Below, one piece after another: positions 28,349 to 37,832 of a stretch of 64,000 nucleotides of DNA. The stretch lies in IMG/VR virus record IMGVR_UViG_2639762822_000001; one strand, given 5' to 3'. The notes below the pieces were generated by a model. It had not been told where the DNA came from. It saw only the letters and a list, made by a program, of their open reading frames with translations, and searched no databases. Both the position numbers and the translations under genes were made by a program. How positions within the stretch are numbered: position 1 is the stretch's first letter; each line of letters begins with the position of its first letter. Origin of the DNA: a virus (lineage: Duplodnaviria > Heunggongvirae > Uroviricota > Caudoviricetes).

Positions 28349-29210
28349 CGGAAAGCAGATCAAAAATAATCTTAGCTTTCACGCCATAGCCAACGATTTT
28401 CATTGTAAGCTGAGGACGGCTCAGCGTGCTCACCTTCCGATAATAGTCAGCAGGCAGATATCGAAAGAGTCGCCAAGTGCCTGGTCTGCGTAAAAGACCA
28501 AAAATGGTGTACGCATTAGCGGCCAATGATATTGATTTGTAGACACCTAACCCGTTCTCTCGACTAAAGCCCATAAACTGAGCTGTTGACATCGCGGCAT
28601 CCGCGACTAATCCTTCACTGGTGGTGTTGTTAGTTGCGTAACGAGCCACTTCTTTACTGACGCTGTTGATCCCGTCAGTAACCAGAACCGCACCGGCCAA
28701 AACCCCGAGAGGGGTCATTGTGCCAATAAGGGTTAATCCTGCCGCAATTTCAGCACCTGCCAAGACAACGCTAACTGCCGATATCACATACCCAACAATT
28801 TTGTTGTTCTCTCGGATAAACTCGACTTTAGCGTAAAGTTTCGCTGCCTTCGTTCGTAATAACCGGGCTTGCTCCAGCAGGTTATTGTTTTCTTCTCTTA
28901 GCGTTTTAACGCATTCAAGGCAATCTTCATCTGATTTAGCCCGACGGGCTAACGCAAACTGTTGTTCTACGAGGTCCCGGATTTCCTGAATAAACTTCAT
29001 TCGAGTTAGGCCATCGCTGAGATGAAACGCAGACAAAGTATTGGCTGTATTTATCAGCTTCCTAGCTTCCATATTTACCATAGTTTCAGCCCAAGCTTTG
29101 TTTCTTCCGCCTGAGTGCATCATATTGAGCAATGCTGCGTCCATTGTGATTCCTCTAAATGGCTTTACCGGTGTCTGGTCAGACTGATAACGATTTACCC
29201 TAACATGCAC
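28326..29210 (-). CDS. hypothetical membrane protein
   Basis: Central hydrophobic segments; true start may be internal. Confidence 0.4.
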   Translation of the reverse strand: MHVRVNRYQSDQTPVKPFRGITMDAALLNMMHSGGRNKAWAETMVNMEARKLINTANTLSAFHLSDGLTRMKFIQEIRDLVEQQFALARRAKSDEDCLECVKTLREENNNLLEQARLLRTKAAKLYAKVEFIRENNKIVGYVISAVSVVLAGAEIAAGLTLIGTMTPLGVLAGAVLVTDGINSVSKEVARYATNNTTSEGLVADAAMSTAQFMGFSRENGLGVYKSISLAANAYTIFGLLRRPGTWRLFRYLPADYYRKVSTLSRPQLTMKIVGYGVKAKIIFDLLSVSDSSQN

Positions 29211-29280
29211 AATATAGTAGCAATGTTGTTACGAGTCCTGAAGTGGAACTCGCAATTTCATAATTCGTACCTACTGAGCC

Positions 29281-30078
29281 TTATTGGTAGGCTTCAAGCG
29301 CAATTTTGCATAACTCAGACCGTACACAGTCCTCGCTCTCGAACTCAATCCGTCCAACATATTCAGACGGCTTAAAGCGCTCCATAGCGTCTTCCAGCCC
29401 TGATTTGACGCTGCCTGGAAGATCGCATTGGGTGATATCCCCGTTAACGATAACCGTAACGTTTTCTCCCATACGGGTCAGGAACATTTTCATTTGTGAC
29501 GCTGTCACGTTTTGAGCTTCATCCAGAATCACCACAGCGTTTTCGAAAGTGCGCCCACGCATGTAAGCGAAGGGGGCAATCTCCACTTTGGCCACCTCTG
29601 GCTTTAAGCAATATTCGAGAAACGAGCCACCCAGACGCTTCTGTAGCACGTCATAGACTGGCCGGAAGAACGGAGCGAACTTCTCGCTCATGTCGCCCGG
29701 AAGAAAGCCCAGATCTTCGTCTGCTTGCAATACCGGACGAGTCACGATGATCTTGTCTACTTCCTTATTAAGTAGACGCTGCGCTGCAACGGCCGCGGCC
29801 AGGTACGTTTTACCGCAGCCAGCTTCGCCAGTGGCGAACGTTAGCGTTTTGGTATCGAGGGAGATGAGATAGTGGGCCTGGGCCTCGTTTCGCGCTTCGA
29901 GAGGAGTGTTGTCGCGCTTCGGTTTCGGAGGCAGAGCAGGGGCGGCAGCCAGTTCGTCAACAATGATTGTGTCGATTTCATAACCACGAATGCGTGATTT
30001 TGACTTCAGTGCCTGGCGAACTGCGCGACGCGCCTGTTTACGTTTGTTTCTCATATTGAGTCCTTTCAAGTGAGTCAC
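29281..30078 (-). CDS. phoH: PhoH-family ATPase
   Basis: Walker A GEAGCGKTYLA and Walker B VILDEAQN in PhoH arrangement; start may be the internal MRNKRK. Confidence 0.85.
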   Translation of the reverse strand: MTHLKGLNMRNKRKQARRAVRQALKSKSRIRGYEIDTIIVDELAAAPALPPKPKRDNTPLEARNEAQAHYLISLDTKTLTFATGEAGCGKTYLAAAVAAQRLLNKEVDKIIVTRPVLQADEDLGFLPGDMSEKFAPFFRPVYDVLQKRLGGSFLEYCLKPEVAKVEIAPFAYMRGRTFENAVVILDEAQNVTASQMKMFLTRMGENVTVIVNGDITQCDLPGSVKSGLEDAMERFKPSEYVGRIEFESEDCVRSELCKIALEAYQ

Positions 30079-30118
30079 CGAAAAGACTATACATGAAAAA
30101 AAATAGGTAGGTCATTAC

Positions 30119-30913
30119 CTACCATGAGATGTTCTTGTCTACTTTGCCTCTTGGTTTTGCTTTCACGATTGTCCTCTTCAATGCTTCATAGGCGTACTTG
30201 CAACGATAGGGATCGGCCAAAACATGCAAAGGTACATTGTTAGATAGCTTTCTAAATTTAGCTGTTAGGTCAATGTAAAAGTCGAACTCAAATATAGAAA
30301 AAAAATAAAAATTAGGTCTTTTCGTCTCAACAGGGAAGAAAGTTCCATATCGTGGAAACCAAAACGAAGGCGCGATTTCAACCTTATAGCTCAGATCATT
30401 ATTTTCAGGATCGAGCAAAAAGACTCTCAACTCTTCTTTGGCTTCTTCGTTTATTTTAATTGGTATGCAACCGTTCCAAACATCAAAGGTAGCACGCCAT
30501 AAGATACTGATCGCTAGGTAGTAAATGCTATCAACATCTATGCTTGGCAAGAACCCTGATCCGATGGAAACGTTAGGTGCTATTCTGGGATCTAAACTAG
30601 CGTTATCCCAAAATGGGATGACCTTCTCTTTGGCTATTTTGAAGAATTTAGAAACATCAACGCGGTTTAGTGGCGGCAAGCACATGCGGGCATAGCTGTT
30701 TTCACCATACTTCGATAGTTTGCCTTCACAATCTTTGCATAACAAATAGCTTTTAACTTCTTTTGACAGGATATAGGTATTACCGTCTTTATCTGTCATG
30801 TTCAAATTTTTGCCTTCTGCGACCATATTACGCGCACGGCGATAAATTTGTTTTGGCAAGAAGTGACTGTCTTCTAATTTGTCAACTTCTTCTCTACACA
30901 TAGGGCAAAACAT
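30119..30913 (-). CDS. AT-rich orphan gene: zinc-ribbon protein of unknown function
   Basis: Start at the internal ATG 30913 with AGGAG ribosome-binding site; N-terminal CPMC...CKDC; local GC visibly lower than neighbouring genes; flanked by hairpins. Confidence 0.45.
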   Translation of the reverse strand: MFCPMCREEVDKLEDSHFLPKQIYRRARNMVAEGKNLNMTDKDGNTYILSKEVKSYLLCKDCEGKLSKYGENSYARMCLPPLNRVDVSKFFKIAKEKVIPFWDNASLDPRIAPNVSIGSGFLPSIDVDSIYYLAISILWRATFDVWNGCIPIKINEEAKEELRVFLLDPENNDLSYKVEIAPSFWFPRYGTFFPVETKRPNFYFFSIFEFDFYIDLTAKFRKLSNNVPLHVLADPYRCKYAYEALKRTIVKAKPRGKVDKNISW

Positions 30914-30950
30914 CTGCGAACTCCTGAATAATTTACGAAGAGACAATATA

Positions 30951-30978
30951 GCAAAAAGGGGCCGAAGCCCCTTTGGAT
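30951..30978. terminator. rho-independent terminator
   Basis: AAAAAGGGGC-CGAA-GCCCCTTTGG. Confidence 0.5.
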
Positions 30979-31147
30979 TTTGCACTGAAAAAAAGTATAA
31001 CTACGATGCTAAGAAGCACTATGGTTAAGAACGTCTGCCGTGTCTATCACAGCGTTGAACGGTCTGGGTGACGTTAGCGGAGTCATTTAGTGAATGGAAT
31101 CCCAAACCGTTCAGCGATGTGCTGGCCTCCGCAGAGGCCAGTCAGTA

Positions 31148-31759
31148 TTACGATTTGCCGGCGTTAACAACCACGCCCTGCCGACGAGAGTCAGCTTCTG
31201 CAATCTTCAGTCGAGTTTCGCGTTCGGCCTTCAGCTCGCCCTGCAATTGGGCCACCTGCGACTCAAGGAACTCGATACGAGAGTCTTTCGCAGCGCTGGA
31301 TGCGTTCAGTTCCGCCATTTCCACACGATGATCAGATTTCAGCTGGTTGATTTCCGCAGTAAATTCGCTGGCTGCTGCGCTATAGCCAGCTTCGCGAGCT
31401 GTGTTAACCGCCTCTTCGTTGTTGTCCAGCGCGTTTTCAAGATCGCGCTTAAGCTGTGTCAGCTCGACGTTGGAAATGCTGGCCAGACCGCGCTTCTTCA
31501 TCAGATCCGCAAGTACGCCATCTTCGTTTTCGATTACCTTCAGACGCAGTTCCGCAGCCTTCTCTCGCTCTTTACTTGCGAACTGGCTATCCAGACCAGC
31601 CAGTTCAGCCTGGCGATATTCAATTTCTTCGGCCAACGTAACGCTGGTTTGTGAAAGGGTGTTCAGCTCGGTCGCAACCTTCGCCATATCACCGGCAGCT
31701 TTAACCATTGCTTTGGTGGAACGCTCAGTTAGAGAGATGACTTTCTTAACTTCGGACAT
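31148..31759 (-). CDS. hypothetical coiled-coil protein
   Basis: 203 aa, heptad-rich; start context AAGGAAAACACATG. Confidence 0.5.
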   Translation of the reverse strand: MSEVKKVISLTERSTKAMVKAAGDMAKVATELNTLSQTSVTLAEEIEYRQAELAGLDSQFASKEREKAAELRLKVIENEDGVLADLMKKRGLASISNVELTQLKRDLENALDNNEEAVNTAREAGYSAAASEFTAEINQLKSDHRVEMAELNASSAAKDSRIEFLESQVAQLQGELKAERETRLKIAEADSRRQGVVVNAGKS

Positions 31760-31783
31760 GTGTTTTCCTTCGTCGTTTTTATA

Positions 31784-31870
31784 TTGGCGGAAGGTAATGG
31801 AATCGAACCATCACCGCGCTAGCAGTGAGACGGTTTTCAAGACCGCTTGAGCACCATGCTCCCTACCTTC
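31784..31870 (-). tRNA. tRNA-Ser (anticodon UGA), class II with long variable arm
   Basis: Acceptor GGAAGGT/ACCTTCC, anticodon arm GCGGT-CUUGAAA-ACCGU, T-loop TTCGATT, 3' GCCA; 87 nt. Confidence 0.7.
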
Positions 31871-32122
31871 CGTTATTTAGTGTGGTGGCCGGCGCTGATC
31901 TCCGGCATAACAACCCGACTTAAATTCGCGACTTTAAATCGGTTCCTCCGTTTGTTCACTTCAGCCCGGAGTTAGCAACCTCAGTCACTCACCGATATGC
32001 CTATCAGTGGCGCGCATCAGCCTGCGCATTCACCACAACGGAAAGAGCACTGCATGACGTTTGCACGGACTTACGACTTTCGTGGCAGTCTCGGCGGTTC
32101 TCAATGCTCTTACCTGTTGTGT

Positions 32123-32255
32123 TGGTGCCGGTTAACGGACTCGAACCGTTGACCTCTGGCCTAACATCGGATCGTTGTCATTGACCAGCCATGCTGTCTA
32201 CCGAAGTAGAAACGATGCTTTGGCTCTCGCGCTCTACCAACTGAGCTAAACCGGC
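32123..32255 (-). tRNA. tRNA-like gene with extra internal sequence (possibly disrupted tRNA-Asn(GUU))
   Basis: Canonical 5' half GCCGGTT-TA-GCTCAGTTGGTAGAGC and 3' half AGGTC-AACGG-TTCGAGT-CCGTT-AACCGGC-A-CCA with a perfectly complementary acceptor, separated by about 57 extra nt that include a UUCG-tetraloop hairpin. Confidence 0.35.
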
Positions 32256-32257
32256 AT

Positions 32258-32332
32258 TGGCGATGATGGGTGGATTCGAACCACCGACCAGTTGATTAAC
32301 AGTCAACCGCTCTACCACTGAGCTACACCATC
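32258..32332 (-). tRNA. tRNA-Asn (anticodon GUU)
   Basis: GATGGTG-TA-GCTC-AGTGGTA-GAGC-G-GTTGA-CTGTTAA-TCAAC-TGGTC-GGTGG-TTCGAAT-CCACC-CATCATC-G-CCA. Confidence 0.8.
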
Positions 32333-33051
32333 AATTTCGCAGCGGTACTGGCTTCAAAGATAAAGTTTTCCCGCAACTTGCACTTTACGTTAGTGCCAGA
32401 CGAGGCTTGCGGCTCGCTCAAATAGAGCGAAGATCTTAAACACTGCTCGGTGCTTCAGAGAGCGCCGGGGAGTCAGATCTTATTGGATGTATGGAATCAT
32501 CCGTGTTGTGGCAGCTACATGCTAAAACCAGAGGGTATTACTATTGCCACAACGTTGAGGCCACTAAACTAGTAATGTTTGCCCAACATCTTTGTCAGTC
32601 GCTACAGCCTCTGTGGATTCACCTGTATGATTGAAAGAAACAGTGGCCTCAACGTTGTGTGCTGGCTAACCAGGCCAGCCGGGTTACGTCGCCGATCTTC
32701 TTTAACCCAAGACAAAACGACATAAGTAATGGAAATGACGTAACAGGATGAACGGTCGATAACTGAAACCGGGATAGGTGAATGGAATGAGGAAACCAAC
32801 CGCCCATCCTGTTACTTCATCGGAGAGGGCATGGGTGGTGCCGTATCATGCCCTCTCCTGCGTTCTGCAATCACACTCGCTCAGTGTGTCCCATTTCGGT
32901 GACGAGGCTGGAAACTGACCTCGCTGGTGTTTGGCTTATTAGGCTACTGCCAGATACTGATTGTCGTTTGCGGTTATCTTTAAACGTTCAAACAGTCGCG
33001 TACTAACGAAAACAAAGCAATCTTATATATATCATAAAAATAAGTAAATAC

Positions 33052-33357
33052 TTATTTATCAGCTATGCGTTCAGTTGATAACTTTTTGATCAGAGTCCCC
33101 TTCGAAGAGGGGGTTCGTGAGACAGTGACGGTAAATCGCTTCCCCTGGATAGTAATACTCTCGTGCTCCTTCAGTTCCCCATAGCGGATTTCCAATAGGG
33201 CGCCAAGACGCCATAGTCCATCATCGATACGCTTTTTACTGGCAAACTTTATCATCAACCATTTCACAATAAATTGGCCTGTAGCGAATGCGCACGCAAC
33301 GCCAGCCGCCGTAAAGTAGGCGACCAGCCACCAGTCGAGTGAGGTCAGTTCCGTCAT
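33052..33357 (-). CDS. small membrane-anchored hypothetical protein
   Basis: N-terminal TM helix. Confidence 0.4.
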   Translation of the reverse strand: MTELTSLDWWLVAYFTAAGVACAFATGQFIVKWLMIKFASKKRIDDGLWRLGALLEIRYGELKEHESITIQGKRFTVTVSRTPSSKGTLIKKLSTERIADK

Positions 33358-33502
33358 TTTGGCGCCCCTGTTTCATGAACTACACGATATACACGCTTGC
33401 CTATGCGCATAGATTTTGTTTTAAGCTGCTGCTTAACCAGATGTCGATGTGCGATGAAGCCGAGGTTCGCGCCAACAATCAAAGCTAATGTGATGTATGG
33501 AA

Positions 33503-33721
33503 TCATGAGTAAGCACCTGTTTCCGTCAGTTGTTTCAGTAATTCTCGGCCTTTTTTGGTCAGCTGATAGTTCTCCGTTTTGCCCTCTGGCTCGACGTTGG
33601 CGACAAGGTTCATCCTCTCAAGTTTGGCACGCGTTTTTGGCTGCCAGTGTGCGTAGAAACACGACCATTTACTGATTTCTCGAAGGGTGTCTCGTTCCCG
33701 CTTACTAAGCATGATCATCAT
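33503..33721 (-). CDS. hypothetical small basic protein
   Basis: 72-aa ORF. Confidence 0.4.
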   Translation of the reverse strand: MMIMLSKRERDTLREISKWSCFYAHWQPKTRAKLERMNLVANVEPEGKTENYQLTKKGRELLKQLTETGAYS

Positions 33722-33881
33722 TCACCTCCTGCAACTTATCAGTAATATCAATGATGCGATAAATGCGTCCTCTTCTCTGCATGATGCCTTCTTTCACGTA
33801 ATCATTGAGACAACTACTCATCACCATGCTGCCGATAACAATCCCCAACCCCCAAAAAGCAATCATCCAGCCAAGCATCAT
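33705..33881 (-). CDS. small membrane protein (58 aa)
   Basis: GGAGACAAGGAATG start; N-terminal TM; stop overlaps the start of the 33503..33721 gene. Confidence 0.3.
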   Translation of the reverse strand: MMLGWMIAFWGLGIVIGSMVMSSCLNDYVKEGIMQRRGRIYRIIDITDKLQEVNDDHA

Positions 33882-35200
33882 TCCTTGTCTCCTATGCGAT
33901 CTTCCGTATCACGTAAGCAGCGCGGCCACTTTAATCGAGGGTGGCGCAAACTACCGTCTGGCGTTTTCTCGTGACAATGAACCTCTACAATGCGCCCGCG
34001 ATACCTCTCCTGATTGTTCCAAATTTCATCCAGGTAACGGTGCTTTATGCCACTGGCTCGAACGACAACTCCATTCTCCAGCCGGATAACGATTTTCCCC
34101 AATGTATGTGCAAAACCAGAGTCCGGATCGCCTGGCTCGAAGTCGATAATTTCCCCGTCTTCAGAGTCTTCGTCTTTTAGCTTCCACCAGCTGCGGGAGC
34201 GCTTAAACTCATAAACAGAATCCGGATCTTTGCCCATCTCCCCTTCTTCATTGTCATCCAGGCGTTTCATGAAGCGCTCAATGAAGTCTTCGTGGCTATG
34301 GATTATGTAGAACGGGTGCAAATGGATGTCCGGTGCATAGTCTTCACCGCGGGTGTTTCTGAACCAAGCCACCAGTGAAGACAGGCGTTCTTTCAGCTTC
34401 ATGCCTGTCTTCGCATATTCTTTTGACTTTGACAGAGAGCGCCATTCCGGCAAGAAGAAGTCAAAAATGTGATAGACCGCGCCGATCGCTTTTACGTTTT
34501 TCTTCCGCAGCGCGGAAACAGACTGATTGAACGAGCCTGCAGTTCCCTCTCCATCAAAGAAAATGTGTTTGTGGCCAGTGATTCTCCCCAGCTCTAACAT
34601 GGCCGGCTTTAAGTGATCGAGCGAAGTGATCGGATTGCCTGTACGTGAAAGAAAATTAACCTCTTCCTCATCGACAATGACCTCACAGATGACGCGCAGC
34701 CCATCCAGCTTGAGACTGCCGATCATTGGCCATTTTGCCTTCGGATTTGGCTTGAACGGATATTTGTCGCCTTTCTCCTTATATGCTGTTGCCAGCTGCA
34801 CCTCGAACTTGGGAATTGGAGTTTCAAATACCTTGTTGCACAAACTTATACCAACGCCGGCTTTCGGATCTTTCAGCAGAAAGCGGCGAAAAACATCCTG
34901 CCCATCAGCGCACATCGAGGCCACAATAGACTCAACGGCAGTGATGGCCGCATTACCGGTTAGTTCGCGTGCTGCGAGTCTCTCCAGTAACTCAACTGCC
35001 TTTTCATCGCTTGGAACCGACTGTTCCAGCGGCATGGCCACTTTATATTTCTTTACCCCGAATCGAATAAACGGGTTGAGCATCAGCGAAACCATGCTCT
35101 GTTCGAAAGCATCCATGCTGGCCAATGCCTCTTTTTTGGCATTGGTTCCCATCGTTTTAATGGCATCCAGCTTGTGCTTCAAGGCGATCAATTTTTCCAT
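33878..35200 (-). CDS. lig: ATP-dependent DNA ligase
   Basis: KxDG adenylation motif in GSLKLDGLRVICEV; ligase-sized; GGAGG ribosome-binding site. Confidence 0.85.
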   Translation of the reverse strand: MEKLIALKHKLDAIKTMGTNAKKEALASMDAFEQSMVSLMLNPFIRFGVKKYKVAMPLEQSVPSDEKAVELLERLAARELTGNAAITAVESIVASMCADGQDVFRRFLLKDPKAGVGISLCNKVFETPIPKFEVQLATAYKEKGDKYPFKPNPKAKWPMIGSLKLDGLRVICEVIVDEEEVNFLSRTGNPITSLDHLKPAMLELGRITGHKHIFFDGEGTAGSFNQSVSALRKKNVKAIGAVYHIFDFFLPEWRSLSKSKEYAKTGMKLKERLSSLVAWFRNTRGEDYAPDIHLHPFYIIHSHEDFIERFMKRLDDNEEGEMGKDPDSVYEFKRSRSWWKLKDEDSEDGEIIDFEPGDPDSGFAHTLGKIVIRLENGVVVRASGIKHRYLDEIWNNQERYRGRIVEVHCHEKTPDGSLRHPRLKWPRCLRDTEDRIGDKE

Positions 35201-35234
35201 AGCTATTCAACCTCCATCGGTCGCTCGGGAGTTC

Positions 35235-35702
35235 TCATGTGTTTTCTTTTGTTGCTTCTTCAACAAGTGCCGCGTACACGTCAGTGACGGGCGCCAGTGA
35301 TTCTTTAGGCGTGGTATCTGGGTTCGCTTTCTTAGTACGCTTGACCAGACTGTTTATGTTTGTGGAATTGCGTTTGCGGTGGTTGGTTGTGGCGTTCCTG
35401 TTGCGCTCTTCAACTTCCTTAATGAGAGCAGCCATATCGACGAAGTAGATGGGTTCCCCTTTGCGGATCTCCTCAACCATCATCTTTACCGCTTTGCATT
35501 TGCCAGCGGCAATAGCTGTGGCGCAGGACGTAAAGGACGTTGCCGGCAAACGATTCTCTTTGTAAGCGAGTATGGTGTGCTGGCAGACTGTGTAGCTGCA
35601 ATGCGCATCATCACCGCCTATCTTCACTTCGGGACAGCGAAGCGAATAGCCGTTGATTCCTGAGATGGACGGGATTTTAGAAAAATCTGTTTTTGTGGAC
35701 AT
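35235..35702 (-). CDS. Cys-rich hypothetical protein
   Basis: Start taken at the internal ATG (MSTKTDF); several Cys pairs. Confidence 0.4.
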   Translation of the reverse strand: MSTKTDFSKIPSISGINGYSLRCPEVKIGGDDAHCSYTVCQHTILAYKENRLPATSFTSCATAIAAGKCKAVKMMVEEIRKGEPIYFVDMAALIKEVEERNRNATTNHRKRNSTNINSLVKRTKKANPDTTPKESLAPVTDVYAALVEEATKENT

Positions 35703-35783
35703 ATAACAAACCGTAGCTTTGTACTTACTTAATAAAAGGATTCTAAACAAGCCCCATCAGGGGGCTAAGTGTTTAAGTAAGGC

Positions 35784-36578
35784 TTACCAAGTCGCCCAGC
35801 CAGTCATTTTGTCCTGAGCGGCTTCGAACCGGTATGGCTCCAGTAAATCGTTGGCATGGTGGACGGCGTAGGATTTTGCCTCCTGTTTAATCATCGGCAG
35901 CTCGTTGGCCAGGCGTGCCACCTGCCCTGCAAAACTGGCGAGCACACCGTCACATGCCTGACCCGCATCGACAATGATGCGCACCAGGTCTAAGTCGCTG
36001 CGGCACATATCGCAGATGATGCCGTATTCCACCTCACGAATGCGCTCAACGGCTTTTTTGGTATCGCCACTGACCACCAACTCCAGCAAACCAGGTGGGG
36101 TTGTCAGATCTGTAACGCGTTCGGTAACTTCAGGCAGTTCGACAATGCTCAGGAACGCCGCGATAGAAGGATCATCCTCTACACCAGCCCTGCCTTTGAT
36201 CGCGCGAAGAGTCGCGTCGATAATTTCCTCAAACCGTTCACCTTCATCGCACACTGCTTGATTGGTGTAGACAACGCGACCGTCGTACCATGCACCGGCG
36301 TGTACTTCGACCGTTGCGTCCTTCATCTTGCGAGTGAACGCCACGAGTGCCGCGCGTTTCTGCTTAACACCAGGCAGCTCCGGGGACTCTCCAAAACGAA
36401 CCCAGACCCGCATGTATTTCGAGCCTTCCCCAAGAGGTGCGGTGCTCACAGACGTGGCGATGTGTTCCAGCGCAGTTTGGATCGCCTCATCGATAATCTT
36501 CTGGCGCTCTTCTGTATCAATATCTACGCCTGATTTGTCGATGATTTCGGTAACGGACTTCTGAATATCTGCTTTCAT
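35784..36578 (-). CDS. hypothetical protein
   Basis: 264-aa ORF. Confidence 0.45.
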   Translation of the reverse strand: MKADIQKSVTEIIDKSGVDIDTEERQKIIDEAIQTALEHIATSVSTAPLGEGSKYMRVWVRFGESPELPGVKQKRAALVAFTRKMKDATVEVHAGAWYDGRVVYTNQAVCDEGERFEEIIDATLRAIKGRAGVEDDPSIAAFLSIVELPEVTERVTDLTTPPGLLELVVSGDTKKAVERIREVEYGIICDMCRSDLDLVRIIVDAGQACDGVLASFAGQVARLANELPMIKQEAKSYAVHHANDLLEPYRFEAAQDKMTGWATW

Positions 36579-36761
36579 AAAGGTTCCTCAATTCCTTCGT
36601 TGCGCATATTCTTACAGAAAAATAAGTATGTATCTACTTATCAATATAGGCATTTAGTTTCGCTTATAAAAGATGCTCTTAATCCTATCCAGTTGTAGCT
36701 GTCAGGTCACTTCTATATGATTTCACTAAACTAATACGTTAAACACACAAGGCTTAGGTCT

Positions 36762-37832
36762 ATGACAACGTTGTCCAAAAACGTGATGCAACACAGGAAG
36801 GTATTGAAAGAAACTGGTTTGGCGTTTGCCAAATCTATACCGCTTGTTGGACCTCATATTGAGGCAGCGGAAAAAATGTTCACGTTGTTCTCAGATATAA
36901 ATGCGACGACTTGCCGTGATCGATTCAACCGTTACATTATGGGCATTGGTGAAATTTGCGACGATGAGGTCGATATCTCAAGAGAACACTTTTCGGCGTT
37001 AGTCAAAAAGCTCGTGCTTGATGATGAAGACAAGAAAACAGAATACTACATCCGCTTGACGGTAAGCCTAGCCCGCAGCAGCCTTAACGACGATGAACGG
37101 CTACTTTTTATTCATATATTAAGTGAATTAACCTGCTCTGATATCGATTATGCCCGCAAGCTCTACATTGCAACGAATGCTTCCATCAAAGGTTTTAAGA
37201 CATCGGCATCAGCTCAAGCCAGCATCACATCACAAAAAAAAGCACTGTCTCTGCGCTCACTCAATAAGCTCATTTCTTCAGGACTCGTTTACGAGGATAG
37301 AACAGGTGAGATCAAGGCCAATCCGGGCTACACATTAACAAGCGATTTAGAGCGTCTTTTGGGGTTCATTTTCCATAGTGACGATCTACAACCTACGGCC
37401 TTGTCCATTGAATCGAAAGAAGAATATGACGTCATTATTATTGACAGCGACAAGATTTACCGAGGCTCATATCCAAACATTATCTATCGTCAGCTTCGGG
37501 CTGCTGGAGTTAAAGTTTGCATAGAGAAAAGTGAAGACTGTATTGCCTACAAGCTAGCAACGCTCTTCATTTCAGTCAAAACAGGTAGCGGGTTGAACGA
37601 TCTTGGCGAGTGGATAAATTACGGCGATATTAACGTCCTCACACATTTAGATAACAGCACTGATCGCTTTTATGAAAGTGCATTCAGAGAGACAGTCGAC
37701 CGCGAGCATTTTGCACCTGGAGACGACGATTCGTCATTCGATGCAAGTAAGCTAAATAACGCACTAAATAAGGTAGCTGCGTTTGTTTTAGACCGACTAT
37801 CTCCTTCTATAGAAACTAAATTAAAGCCTTAA
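36762..37832 (+). CDS. orphan plus-strand gene of unknown function (possible accessory or exclusion cargo)
   Basis: 356 aa; opposite strand to the surrounding replication genes; 3' end overlaps the primase 3' end by 17 bp; lower GC than neighbours. Confidence 0.45.
   Translation: MTTLSKNVMQHRKVLKETGLAFAKSIPLVGPHIEAAEKMFTLFSDINATTCRDRFNRYIMGIGEICDDEVDISREHFSALVKKLVLDDEDKKTEYYIRLTVSLARSSLNDDERLLFIHILSELTCSDIDYARKLYIATNASIKGFKTSASAQASITSQKKALSLRSLNKLISSGLVYEDRTGEIKANPGYTLTSDLERLLGFIFHSDDLQPTALSIESKEEYDVIIIDSDKIYRGSYPNIIYRQLRAAGVKVCIEKSEDCIAYKLATLFISVKTGSGLNDLGEWINYGDINVLTHLDNSTDRFYESAFRETVDREHFAPGDDDSSFDASKLNNALNKVAAFVLDRLSPSIETKLKP

Noticed and set aside
31871-32122. Additional tRNA between tRNA-Ser and the tRNA-like gene (for example ...GCCGGCCACCA at about 31885)
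   Set aside because: No canonical T-loop or D-arm could be fitted; probably spacer or a degraded remnant
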